From sequence record SRR20825006_112: a DNA stretch of 53,393 nucleotides; one strand, given 5' to 3'. Positions 41,241 to 51,384 of this stretch are shown in pieces. The notes under the pieces are model-generated. The model was not told where the DNA came from and did not search any database. It saw nothing but the letters and a program-made list of their open reading frames with translations. The first letter of the stretch is position 1. Each line of letters begins with the position of its first letter. The position numbers and the translations under genes were made by a program.

Positions 41241-43244
41241 TTAGAAAGAGTACTTAACAGAAACCGAAGCGTTGTTCCGGTCGGCCAGTTTGTTGGAATA
41301 TTTGGCGCCCCAGAAGGTGGTGCCAGACATGGCCACTTCCAGGTTGTTCAAGTACAGGAAACTCACGCCCAGGGTGGCTGCTTTACGATCTTCCATAAAG
41401 TTGCCGCCAATCGGAGAGTTACCGTTTACATCATGGGCAAAACGTACACTTGGGCTCATGGAAACACCCGCGAAAACGTTACTGTAATCCGCCTTCAGCA
41501 CCGCACGGTAGCCCCAGGAAGTGGGGTCCAGGTTGTACTTGTTCGGATCATCCGGGCTCAGGATCTGTGCTTCTGATTCCAGAATTGCCGCTGTTGAGTT
41601 GTATTCTTCATCCGGGCTTTCCAGGCCTTCGATGTGCTCAACACCCAGCTCCAGCAAGGCGATGAGGCCATCAGAACCGAATGTAGGACCGAAGTTAAAG
41701 ATGCTGACCAGAGAGCCGTTGTAGCTTTCCACTTCGTCATAGAAGTAATAGAGCGCACTATCAGTGACCACTGTATCGCCGGACAGACAGCTTCCGCCCA
41801 TTTCTGCACGCACACAGTGGCCGGTCAGATCTTCTATTCTCACGACAGTATCAGGGCCCAACAAACCTGCGGATTTACCCGCAGCTCCTGCCAGGGCAGA
41901 AATCAGGTCATCGCCTGCTTCGTTGATAATCGCACGCTTGGGACGGTAAGCAATTTCACCGGCCAGCGACATGCTGCCAATGCTGGTGTTAAAGCTACCA
42001 CCGATCATGTCCTGATCTTCGGCGTACGCCATCTGATATTCTGCGGTGTCGATAATCAATGGCATCGCTGCTGCGCCACCACCTTGTGCAGCCTGGACAT
42101 TATTCAGACGAGCACCCACGACCGGCGTCTTCGCATGGGTGCGGGTGTAATACAGCGCGAACTCCGTGCCATTAAGACCTTCAGCAAAATAACGATATGC
42201 CAGGCCGAACTGACCACTGTCTGATGCTTCCTTGTCCCGGATACGATCTACCGTGACCTGAGTCGCTTCGTATTGATAGTCGGAGTAGTTGAGTGCGGTA
42301 TAACCTGCAAAGGCACCTTCAAGACCCGGAGCATTAGCACCCAGAGCCACAACCCGCCCGTCAATGATTACGTTGTCTGCGCCCTTGCCCGGGAAGGCAT
42401 CATGGGTGGAGAAGTATGTCCCCGTTGGCGCATCTTCAGAGTTCTTCCAGTCCAGCTGGTAGAACGCCTCAAGGGTGGCATTGAAGGTCAAGCCGTAGGA
42501 GAAGTACAAGCTATTGAGGGGAAGCAAGGCTTCTTTGATTTCAGAACCCGGCAGGCGCAAGGCATTCAGATCAAAGTAGTTGGCGGTGTTAACACCATTC
42601 TGCATGAACAGCGCCTCACCCCAGTTAATCACCTGCTGGCCAAGACGCACGTTCAGGGGGCGGTCGAACATATCGAAGTTGCCCCACACATACGCATCCA
42701 GCATACGCGCACGCTGTCCGGCATAGCGCTCGGCATCACGGGTAAAGTCATCGCCGGTGCCATTGTTGGCATAATCCGAATAGGTTGCGTAACGGCTAAA
42801 ACCATTTCCAGGTACATACGGGGCAGACGCATTCAGAACACCACCGTTATGATCGCCACCCATAATCACCTGATCATAAAAGGCGGTACCACGCAGGAAC
42901 ATGCCGTACTTGCCCTGCCAGCTCAGATCCAGTTCCGGAGTAATTTTGTACACCAGAGAAGCCAGACCTGTATCGTAGTTATTGTTGGCATCGTTCTTGT
43001 TGATCTGAGAACCATAGCCGGCCTTGGTCATATCCACCACGTCACCGGTGGCGGCAAGCATGGAATCCTGCCCCTCCGTCCGGAATAGGGCACCAACAGA
43101 CACAGTCGTATCCAGTCGCCCTGCCCAGTCAGGATTCTCGAAGTCCAGCTGGACCGCTGAAGCAGGAAGGGATAGCCCGGTAAGGGCAGTGATGCTGGCA
43201 ACAGCCATAGCCAGCCTGGTTTTACGCAGGTGATTATTATTCAT
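41241..43244 (-). CDS. DUF1302 outer-membrane beta-barrel protein
   Basis: Signal peptide; LDTTVSVG, LDAYV, RLGQQVINWGE, LPGSEIKE, EAFYQ, GEIAYRP, HDVNG, DR...SVKYSF. Confidence 0.92.
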   Translation of the reverse strand: MNNNHLRKTRLAMAVASITALTGLSLPASAVQLDFENPDWAGRLDTTVSVGALFRTEGQDSMLAATGDVVDMTKAGYGSQINKNDANNNYDTGLASLVYKITPELDLSWQGKYGMFLRGTAFYDQVIMGGDHNGGVLNASAPYVPGNGFSRYATYSDYANNGTGDDFTRDAERYAGQRARMLDAYVWGNFDMFDRPLNVRLGQQVINWGEALFMQNGVNTANYFDLNALRLPGSEIKEALLPLNSLYFSYGLTFNATLEAFYQLDWKNSEDAPTGTYFSTHDAFPGKGADNVIIDGRVVALGANAPGLEGAFAGYTALNYSDYQYEATQVTVDRIRDKEASDSGQFGLAYRYFAEGLNGTEFALYYTRTHAKTPVVGARLNNVQAAQGGGAAAMPLIIDTAEYQMAYAEDQDMIGGSFNTSIGSMSLAGEIAYRPKRAIINEAGDDLISALAGAAGKSAGLLGPDTVVRIEDLTGHCVRAEMGGSCLSGDTVVTDSALYYFYDEVESYNGSLVSIFNFGPTFGSDGLIALLELGVEHIEGLESPDEEYNSTAAILESEAQILSPDDPNKYNLDPTSWGYRAVLKADYSNVFAGVSMSPSVRFAHDVNGNSPIGGNFMEDRKAATLGVSFLYLNNLEVAMSGTTFWGAKYSNKLADRNNASVSVKYSF

Positions 43245-43476
43245 GTAGCTCTCCGAATTGCCATGCGCATGGCTTTATTGTTTTTTACTCGGGCAACAGT
43301 AGCTCCCATTTGCAGCAGGTCCCATCATTCTTCCTGATACAAACCACCGCCCGAGCTAATGCATAATTCTTACACATCAGGAAAAAAAATAAATCCCCTG
43401 TGTACTCTATTATTAACGACTAGCCGGTCATCCCCTAATTCGCCCCGTACAACCCCATCCGGCGGTGCCCCCGAAA

Positions 43477-46098
43477 TCAGGATGACAGGATGCGGCCCAG
43501 CACCTCTACCACGTTATCTGATGCACTTTTTTGCACTTCGGCAAGCACCCCTGCCAGCCGCTCCCGCCGCTGCGGTTCGAGCTTCGGCAGGCGCGCCGCA
43601 CCATTGGCCAGGCGGGCCGCCACCTGTGGGTTGATCGCATCCAACCGGGACAGCGCCTGGGCAAACAAGCGGTACCCCGCCCCACTTTCCGCATGGAAGG
43701 CCGACGGGTTGCCATTGGTGAATGTTCCCACCAGAGCCCGCACCCGGTTCGGCGTTTTCCAGTCAAAGGCAGGATGCTCCAGCAAGCCATTGACCCGATC
43801 GACGGTCTGCTCGCCCGGCACAGTGGCCTGCACCGCGAACCACTGATCCATCACCAGTGCTTCGTCCTGCCACCGTTCAGCAAACTGCGCCAGAGCCTGG
43901 CCTGCCCCTGGCAAGTCATGGTGCACCAGCACCTTCAGCGCCCCCAACTCTTCACTCATGCACAGGGGAAGCTCAAACAATTCCACCGCCAAGCGCCCTG
44001 CTTCGTCATGTTCGCCTGCTGCTAAAAAGTCCAGCGCCAGATTACGCAATTGCCGCCGCCCCATGGCACGGCCATCCATGCTCAACTCCGTCGCCAGCAG
44101 ATTTTCTGCCAGAGACAGCCAGTGTGCCTGCAAGGCCTTGCCCAGTGCCCGCTTCATGGCGCGATGCGCCAGGTGAATGGATGCCGGGTTCAAGGGGGTA
44201 TGCCGGTCACCCAATGCCACTTCACTAGGCAAGGTGAGTAACAGCGCGGCCTGAGCGGGGTCTTCATCGCTGCGTGCGATGACTTGCTCCAGCACAGGAA
44301 CCAGCGCCGCAGCTTCTGCATTCGCCTCCCCGGGCTCAGCCACCAGCCGATCCAGGGCGGCGAAGTAAAGGCGCTGAGCCGCATTCCAGCGGCAATAGCC
44401 ATCACTGTCATACGCCAGCAGGCGTGCCAGCTGCGCCGGCGTGTAGTCATAATCCAGCACCACCGGGGCAGAGAAACCACGCAGCAACGAAGGCGTCACG
44501 CCTTCTGGCACGGAGAAGGACACAGTATCTTGCGCCTTATCCACGATGATGACCCGCTCGCCTTGCCCGCTCGCGTCCAGAGCACAGGGCGCACCCTGTT
44601 TATCCAGCAGGGCCAGACGGATTGGGATCACCAACGGCTGCTTGTCCTCCTGACCGGGGGTGGCAGGAGTATGTTGACGAAAAGTAAGATGATACTGCCC
44701 GTCACGGTACTCATCTGTAACGGTCAGTATTGGCGTACCCGCCTGGCTGTACCAGCGCTTGAACAGGCCCAGATCACGGCCGGAAACGGCCTCCATGCTG
44801 GCCACGAAGTCATCACAGGTTACCGCTTTGCCATCATTCGCCTCGAAATAATGGTCTGTAGCCTTGCGGAAATTCTCCGCCCCCAGCAAGTGATACTGCA
44901 TGCGAACAATTTCCGCGCCCTTTTCATAAATGGTCAGGGTGTAGAAATTATCAATTTTCTGATATTCCTCCGGGCGAACTGCGTGGGCCATGGGCCCCTG
45001 ATCTTCCGGGAATTGGTGGTTCACCAGGAAATCCACGTTCTCCACCCGCTGAACGGCAGCGGAATTCATGTCAGCCGAAAACTGCTGATCGCGAAAGACC
45101 GTAAACCCTTCCTTCAGGCTTAGCTGGAACCAGTCGCGACAGGTCACCCGATTACCGGACCAGTTATGGAAGTATTCGTGAGCCACCACAGATTCCACCC
45201 GCTGGAACCCTGAGTCTGTGGTAGTGGAGGGATGCGCCAGCACACAGGAGGTGTTGAAAATATTCAGACCCTTATTTTCCATGGCACCCATATTGAAATG
45301 GCTGACCGCCACGATCATGTAGATATCCAGATCGTATTCCCGGCCGTAAACCTGCTCATCCCAGCGCATGGCATTTTTCAGCGACGCCATGGCATGGTCC
45401 AGCTTGTCCAGATCACGGTGCTCCGCATACAAGCGCAATGCCACCTTGCGCCCGGAAACCGTCACGAAAGTGTCCTCCAGGCACGCCAGGTCTCCGGCTA
45501 CGAGCGCAAACAGATAACAGGGTTTCGGGAACGGGTCTTCCCAGGTCACCCAGTGGCGACCGTTCCCACCTTCCTCTTCTTCCCCCCAGGCCACGGGATT
45601 ACCGTTGGAGAGCAACAACGGATAACGGGCTTTATCAGCCCGCACGGTGGTAGTGAACCGGGCCAGCACATCCGGGCGATCCGGGAAAAAGGTAATGTTG
45701 CGAAAGCCTTCCGCTTCACACTGGGTGCAATACATTCCGTTGGACTGATACAGCCCTTCCAGCGCGGTGTTTTTTTCCGGCTCGATATCGACCACGGAGG
45801 TGAGCACACAGGCTTCAGGCAATCCCTCGACGGTTAACAGGCCGTTTTCATAGTGATAGCGGTCACTATCGAGCACCACATCATCCAGCGCCAGGGTGCG
45901 TAAGAGGAGGCTTTCACCGTTGAAGGTCATTACTGTGGCGTCAGGAGAGGCGGGATTGCGACGCAGAGACAGACTACTGGTCACCGTGGTCACACCATCG
46001 CGAATATCTACATCCAGTGCCACACTATCGACCAGATAGGCCGGCGGCTGGTAATCCACCAGACGGGTAGTCTTGACTGCACTGTGCGCGGTTTCCAT
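43477..46098 (-). CDS. pepN: Aminopeptidase N
   Basis: TQCEAEGFR, GAMENKG, HEYFH...LKEG zinc motif, YEKGAE, PNRVRAL. Confidence 0.97.
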   Translation of the reverse strand: METAHSAVKTTRLVDYQPPAYLVDSVALDVDIRDGVTTVTSSLSLRRNPASPDATVMTFNGESLLLRTLALDDVVLDSDRYHYENGLLTVEGLPEACVLTSVVDIEPEKNTALEGLYQSNGMYCTQCEAEGFRNITFFPDRPDVLARFTTTVRADKARYPLLLSNGNPVAWGEEEEGGNGRHWVTWEDPFPKPCYLFALVAGDLACLEDTFVTVSGRKVALRLYAEHRDLDKLDHAMASLKNAMRWDEQVYGREYDLDIYMIVAVSHFNMGAMENKGLNIFNTSCVLAHPSTTTDSGFQRVESVVAHEYFHNWSGNRVTCRDWFQLSLKEGFTVFRDQQFSADMNSAAVQRVENVDFLVNHQFPEDQGPMAHAVRPEEYQKIDNFYTLTIYEKGAEIVRMQYHLLGAENFRKATDHYFEANDGKAVTCDDFVASMEAVSGRDLGLFKRWYSQAGTPILTVTDEYRDGQYHLTFRQHTPATPGQEDKQPLVIPIRLALLDKQGAPCALDASGQGERVIIVDKAQDTVSFSVPEGVTPSLLRGFSAPVVLDYDYTPAQLARLLAYDSDGYCRWNAAQRLYFAALDRLVAEPGEANAEAAALVPVLEQVIARSDEDPAQAALLLTLPSEVALGDRHTPLNPASIHLAHRAMKRALGKALQAHWLSLAENLLATELSMDGRAMGRRQLRNLALDFLAAGEHDEAGRLAVELFELPLCMSEELGALKVLVHHDLPGAGQALAQFAERWQDEALVMDQWFAVQATVPGEQTVDRVNGLLEHPAFDWKTPNRVRALVGTFTNGNPSAFHAESGAGYRLFAQALSRLDAINPQVAARLANGAARLPKLEPQRRERLAGVLAEVQKSASDNVVEVLGRILSS

Positions 46099-46148
46099 CT
46101 ACTGCTCCTGACAAATCACGGGAACCGCCATCTTAATCGTTAGCCCAG

Positions 46149-46184
46149 AACGACAACACCCCGCCGAGGCGGGGTGTTGTCGTT
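46149..46184. terminator. Long hairpin terminator downstream of the lipase gene
   Basis: AACGACAACACCCCGCC-GA-GGCGGGGTGTTGTCGTT perfect inverted repeat. Confidence 0.75.
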
Positions 46185-46204
46185 TATTGGAGACTAACTG
46201 TGAA

Positions 46205-48589
46205 TCAGGGAGCTGGAGTTTCCACATCCCCCGGCGCAGCTGCACCCACGGCCGTTTGTGCACCACCCGAGAGAATGAAGCTCACCGCCTGGGTCTGAAG
46301 CTCCGCCGTTACCTGAGGCGCACCACCAGAAGGCGTCAGCAACGAACCATGGCCACCAGCGGTCATCTTGACGATGCCCGGGGTGCCGGAAACATCTTGC
46401 GCACCCGGTGTCAGTTGCACAGCGCCTACCAGAGAAGACAGACCATCTGTCCCCATCAAAGGCAACGATGCATCACCATTGGGTACAACGGTGTCACCAT
46501 TAACCTGCTGGAGCAAAACCGGTACCCCAAGAGTGCCAAGGGTCGCCGCGAAATTCACCGGATCACCGGACGACACCGTGCTTTGCGCCACATACAGGAA
46601 CTTCTCGTAGTCCGACGTGCCGACTTGAACGCCATTGGCGGCAAGCCCTGCCTGGATACGCGGTGCGAAGGTATCGGAATTATTCAGCAGGTGAGCCAGT
46701 TGCGTACCACCAACGGACCCTACGAAACCCTGGATCGCGTTCAGGTTGCTGCCGAAGCTGGCATCGTTGCCCATGGCAATCTGGTTAACTGTGGTGAACA
46801 CCGAACCAACGATGGTGCCCAATGAAGCGCCAACAACCGTCACGTTATCCACATCAAGCGAACCGTTGCCATCGATATCCAGATCACTGATCGCCTGAAT
46901 GCTCGCATTCAGGTTCAGCAGATCCATAACCGATTGGCGCAGGTTGTCACGAGTATTGGTCAGGTCAGCAAGGTTGATAAACCATGCACCCGCACCGTCA
47001 AGAGCGGTAGGGTTAGTAAAGTTCATCGGCGCCGGATTGCCCGCAGCATCCTGGGCCACATTAAAGTGCCGCTCACGCAGGGTATCGCCATACAGCGTAG
47101 AGAACGGGATCAACGCGCTGTTTTCCACATTGAGCGCACCAGCAAAGGCACTGTTGGCCGGAACACCGTGAACCGGAAGGTCAATGGCCACTGTCGCCAC
47201 ACACTTGGACGCCAGTGTGTGGCCCAGCGCCATTACCGAGGTCCGGTCACTGGTAATGCCGTGCACATAGATAACCGTGGGGTAACCCGAGCTATCGCGG
47301 ACATTCGCACAGGTGGCACCGCCAAGTTCTGCCGGCTGGCTTGTCGGGTTCGGCAAGGTTACCTGCAGAGGTACAGTTTCGTTACCCATTCGCGCCGCAA
47401 ACGGATAGCGGTAAGTCACATTGAATGAACCGTCCACATCCATGGGCGGCACACCCTCTCCCAGCTGCGAGCCGAGAACCTGGTCCGCAGTCCAAGATGT
47501 TTGCAGGAAGCTCAGATCAGAGGCACTGGCCGGCGCCTTCAGGTAATAGGGTAGCTCAATGGCACCGGTATACAGTTTACCTGCATCAGCAGCCAGCGCT
47601 CCCTGAGTCAGGGTGCTGAAATCCAACCCGGTGACAGCATTTACATCAACGAACCGCGCTTTCGGTGTGCTCAACAGTCCGTTTGTTTCCAACGCAGCTG
47701 CGTTGCCTGCAGCCACCATCGGGTCTTCACCGGCGTCAATCTGGGCTTGGGTCACTGCCGCACGAGGCGCCCCCATCGCAACCAGCGGAGTCAGAGGATC
47801 CGTAGTCGTAAAGGTGTAGGAAATCACCACAGAGTCTTTCGCGGATACCGGATCGGCAGCCAGACCATTGGCAAACAGCACGCCACCAGCAATGGTTTCC
47901 CATCCCTGAACAGCGCCACGCACAGGTGCCAGGCTGGCTGGCACTGGAGGAGCATCGGCTCCCATTAACTGGTAGGAGGCAGAACCGCCAACAGGGTCGC
48001 CCTGAGAGTTCAGCAAGCCATCAGTTACAAACACCAGATACTTGCTTTTCGCCATCAGCGGAGTGGCCGGAGTGATACGCAGCACGTTGTCAGTGCCGCC
48101 ATCCACCGATGCCGTTGAGGCCGAGTATGCCGTCGTTGCCAGTGCAGCCATATCGACGCCAACAATATTGCCGGGGTTCAGCGCATCACCGTCACCGCCC
48201 GAGGTATCAAGAGGAATAAGAAAAACATTTGGCTGGCACATGGCCCCCATGGCGGCTTGAACCGGAGTACAGATACTGTCGGGGTCAATAGAACCGCCAG
48301 CGAAGGCGATATCAAAATAGGCCGTAACCGAAAAACCATCCAGGCTATTAACAGCAGCTTCGATCGCGTTACCCGGCACGCCAACATTCGCCGTGCCATC
48401 ACTGGTGGACGCATCGGCAAAAATCAGATCAGTGTTAAGAGGCAGATCCGATGTGACGGGGTTAAATTTCGGGTAAGTACCAAGGAAGGTGGCCCCTTCG
48501 CTCTGGTCCGGTACCGTGTCGCTCCCGCCGCCACAGGCAGCCAGTGCCATAGCCACTGCCAGAGGCAGTACCTTTTTATAAGTATTCAT
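46205..48589 (-). CDS. Lipoprotein lipase/phospholipase of the VolA/Pla-1 type
   Basis: Lipobox LAAC; N-terminal LDGFS motif; oxyanion VHGIT; IDLPVHG; RDNLRQ; nucleophile GASLG; Asp in GDTVVPN; His in GGHGSLL. Confidence 0.87.
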   Translation of the reverse strand: MNTYKKVLPLAVAMALAACGGGSDTVPDQSEGATFLGTYPKFNPVTSDLPLNTDLIFADASTSDGTANVGVPGNAIEAAVNSLDGFSVTAYFDIAFAGGSIDPDSICTPVQAAMGAMCQPNVFLIPLDTSGGDGDALNPGNIVGVDMAALATTAYSASTASVDGGTDNVLRITPATPLMAKSKYLVFVTDGLLNSQGDPVGGSASYQLMGADAPPVPASLAPVRGAVQGWETIAGGVLFANGLAADPVSAKDSVVISYTFTTTDPLTPLVAMGAPRAAVTQAQIDAGEDPMVAAGNAAALETNGLLSTPKARFVDVNAVTGLDFSTLTQGALAADAGKLYTGAIELPYYLKAPASASDLSFLQTSWTADQVLGSQLGEGVPPMDVDGSFNVTYRYPFAARMGNETVPLQVTLPNPTSQPAELGGATCANVRDSSGYPTVIYVHGITSDRTSVMALGHTLASKCVATVAIDLPVHGVPANSAFAGALNVENSALIPFSTLYGDTLRERHFNVAQDAAGNPAPMNFTNPTALDGAGAWFINLADLTNTRDNLRQSVMDLLNLNASIQAISDLDIDGNGSLDVDNVTVVGASLGTIVGSVFTTVNQIAMGNDASFGSNLNAIQGFVGSVGGTQLAHLLNNSDTFAPRIQAGLAANGVQVGTSDYEKFLYVAQSTVSSGDPVNFAATLGTLGVPVLLQQVNGDTVVPNGDASLPLMGTDGLSSLVGAVQLTPGAQDVSGTPGIVKMTAGGHGSLLTPSGGAPQVTAELQTQAVSFILSGGAQTAVGAAAPGDVETPAP

Positions 48590-48869
48590 GATCTCTCCCA
48601 AACCACTTTTTATTATCTAATTCCTGCCGTTGCCTGCACTTACACTCAGGGGGGCTTGATACAAGCAGCAGAAGGCTCTTTAGCCAAACGAATTATTTGT
48701 GCCTACGCTAACCCCACTACCGAAGCGGGGTTTCTAGGAAGAATACATTAATTCCGTTTTTCCACAAACGCGCGGAACAGAAAAATAATGGCGGGAAACG
48801 CCGGCAGGCGTTTTTTCAGGGACGACTCGCCGGTCACCGACGAAAAGTATTCAAATAATTAAAATATGT

Positions 48870-49142
48870 CTACTGCAATGTATCCGGGCCACGCAGGATT
48901 ACTGGCTGTTCTTCCGGTTTTTCTTCACTGCTCTTGCAGGCCTGCTCCATATACCCGGTGCGCTGCTCTTCCGGCAGGTTCTGCTGCTCCCAGGCAATCA
49001 CCGCCTGCAGGCAAAGCTCCTTTTGCTCACGGGTTAAAACGCGGCCATCCGCCCACTTCCCGGTTTCCACCGCACGGCGCATGTTGTCGCAGGCCTCTGC
49101 AGACATGGACGCAATAAGGTCTTCAAAACTTTGGTAGCTCAT
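48870..49142 (-). CDS. YeaC family (DUF1315) protein
   Basis: AVETGKWADGRVLTREQKELCLQAVIAWE. Confidence 0.9.
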   Translation of the reverse strand: MSYQSFEDLIASMSAEACDNMRRAVETGKWADGRVLTREQKELCLQAVIAWEQQNLPEEQRTGYMEQACKSSEEKPEEQPVILRGPDTLQ

Positions 49143-49165
49143 GGTTTCACTCTTCAAAAAAACCG

Positions 49166-49193
49166 CAGCACGCGGCACGCTGCATGCAACACG
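49166..49193. repeat. Heptamer tandem repeat (4 units)
   Basis: cagcacg-cggcacg-ctgcatg-caacacg in the nadK-yeaC spacer. Confidence 0.6.
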
Positions 49194-49208
49194 AACAGAC
49201 AACCCGCA

Positions 49209-50099
49209 TCAGTTGCTATCACCGGGCCGGGAGCTCCACCCCAGCTTGGACCGACATGCCTGATAAAAATCGTGCCCCGGAGGATGAATCAGGTGCAGAC
49301 GATGCGGTTTTTTACGGATCGCGATCACATCATCCACCTGCAGACGAATCCCTTCTGTGCCATCGCAGCTGACCAGGGGCCGTACTTTTTCCGTGGTGAT
49401 GTGGATTTTAATTTCACTGTCACCCGCCACTACCAGCGGGCGGCTGGTCAGGGTATGGGGATTCAGGGGAACCAGCACCATGGCGTCAAGCTTGGGATGC
49501 ATGATGGGCCCGCCGCCGGACAAGGCGTAGGCGGTAGAGCCGGTAGGTGTAGAGATAATCAGGCCATCGGAGCGCTGCCCATAAACAAAATGCCCATCGA
49601 TCATCAATTCAAAATCGATCATGTGCACACTGTCACCCGACAGCAACACGATATCGTTCAGGGCGCTGCCCTCACCCACCACGGTTTTGCCCCGGCGTAC
49701 TTCCAGATCCAGCAGGAAGCGCTTTTCCGTGCTGTATTCACCATCCAGCACCTGACCGACCCGGGATTCGATTTCAGAGGGAAGAATATCGGTAAGGAAA
49801 CCCAGGTGGCCGCGGTTCACGCCCAGTACCGGCACGTTATAGCGGGACAAAATGCGTGCAGCGCCCAGCAAACTGCCATCGCCCCCGACCACAATTACCA
49901 GATCGCAGGACTCGCCCATTTGCGAAGCACTGGCGGCCTGCAAACCCATCTCCGGCAGATTGCCGATAATGTGTTTATCGAGGATGACGGTGCAATCACG
50001 GCCATGCAGAAAATGGATCAGCTGGCGCAATGAATAGAGCGCCTGCTCACTTTCCGACCGTGCAATTAATCCGATATTGCGAAATTTCTCTTGCGCCAC
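49209..50099 (-). CDS. nadK: NAD(+) kinase
   Basis: GGDGSLL, GVNRGHLGFL, ALND, DGLIISTPTGSTAYALSGGGP. Confidence 0.97.
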   Translation of the reverse strand: MAQEKFRNIGLIARSESEQALYSLRQLIHFLHGRDCTVILDKHIIGNLPEMGLQAASASQMGESCDLVIVVGGDGSLLGAARILSRYNVPVLGVNRGHLGFLTDILPSEIESRVGQVLDGEYSTEKRFLLDLEVRRGKTVVGEGSALNDIVLLSGDSVHMIDFELMIDGHFVYGQRSDGLIISTPTGSTAYALSGGGPIMHPKLDAMVLVPLNPHTLTSRPLVVAGDSEIKIHITTEKVRPLVSCDGTEGIRLQVDDVIAIRKKPHRLHLIHPPGHDFYQACRSKLGWSSRPGDSN

Positions 50100-50177
50100 A
50101 GGGGGGTCTCATTCAGGTAAAGCTGCGTTGGGTGATGCGAAACCCGAAAATCGGGCAGCCTCACCATCCGGCAAGCG

Positions 50178-51251
50178 CTACCCCTGAGTCAGGTACTCGT
50201 GCAGGGTACCAGCATTGGCATTCAGGCCGCCATCCAGCACGATCACATCCAGGCCGGCGTTTTTTAACAGAAAAGCGGCGGTGGCGCTACGTCGCCCGGT
50301 ATCGCAGTAGGCGATATAGGTCTTGCCCGGGTCCAGCAGGCGGGATTTCAGCCGCAACACATTCAGGGGCATGTTAGTGGCCCCCACCAGATGCTCCTGG
50401 TCAAATTCATCACTGGTGCGCACATCCAGCCACCAGGCGCCCTTCTCGGCAGAGGACAGCACCTGATCTCCCGGCATGGTATTGATGATGGGCTCACGCA
50501 GCAGGGCATCAAAGTCCTGCCGATCCAGCTTCATCAGCACCCCGTCTGTGGCCATGGTCACCGTGGCATTACGTGGCTTGCCTGATAACAGCGCCTCTTC
50601 GCCAAACCACTGCCCCTCTTCCAGCATGGCTACCGGGGTCGGCTCGCCCTCGCCCAGACCAATTGATACCTCGCACACCCCTTCTTTCAGGATATAGCAG
50701 CAGTCAGCCGCCTCACCCTGACGAATAATCACCTCACCTTCTTTGTGGCGGGTGGCTTTGAGGCGGCGGAAAATTTCCAGAATATTGGTCGGCGGCACCC
50801 GGTGGAACAGCTTGGACTTGAGCAACCGGATCATCCATTCCCGGTCGTTCTGGTAGGCGGAGTTGGCATTAATATCAAGAATGACGTAACCCGCCGACTG
50901 GTCCCAGGACAAAATGGTGTCCAGCCGGAAGCTGTCAAAGCGCACCACGCTCACCTCACCCACGGCTTTCGCGGTACTACGGCGGGGCTGTGCGTGCTCC
51001 AGCGGATGCCAGGACGCGGTATCACCGGCGCTCACCGTATGGCTTTTGCCCTCTTCATCGGTGAGCTCTACCCGGCCACTGAGCAGATAAATCGTGGTGT
51101 TATCCTGATCACCCAGCGAAAAAAGGACATCATCTGACGCATAGCGGCACACTTCCTGCTGGTCGAGCAACCAGTCCAGCTGATCTCCGGACAGGGCGTT
51201 AACCGGCACAAACGTCTGTAACAGGCTTTTATCGATGGATTCCTGCGCCAT
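50178..51251 (-). CDS. Tandem cNMP-binding domains fused to a rhodanese domain
   Basis: First cNMP domain is degenerate; second has FGEEALLSGKPRNATV; rhodanese LDVRT..EF..EH..GA and active loop YCDTGRRS. Confidence 0.88.
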   Translation of the reverse strand: MAQESIDKSLLQTFVPVNALSGDQLDWLLDQQEVCRYASDDVLFSLGDQDNTTIYLLSGRVELTDEEGKSHTVSAGDTASWHPLEHAQPRRSTAKAVGEVSVVRFDSFRLDTILSWDQSAGYVILDINANSAYQNDREWMIRLLKSKLFHRVPPTNILEIFRRLKATRHKEGEVIIRQGEAADCCYILKEGVCEVSIGLGEGEPTPVAMLEEGQWFGEEALLSGKPRNATVTMATDGVLMKLDRQDFDALLREPIINTMPGDQVLSSAEKGAWWLDVRTSDEFDQEHLVGATNMPLNVLRLKSRLLDPGKTYIAYCDTGRRSATAAFLLKNAGLDVIVLDGGLNANAGTLHEYLTQG

Positions 51252-51384
51252 AACAGCGGCTCCCGATGTTCTTGTTGTTGCAATGGTTGTTGCAATGCTG
51301 CCGGGCCAAAGCCCCGATCAGAAAAAAGTACTGCAAAAATCTTACCAATCAAGCACCTAGCGGAACCAGTTCACAGTTATTCAC

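Noticed and set aside
49131-50033. 300-aa plus-strand ORF, and similar ORFs opposite pepN, RND, DUF1302, DUF1329 and rlmKL
   Set aside because: Antisense to well-supported genes.
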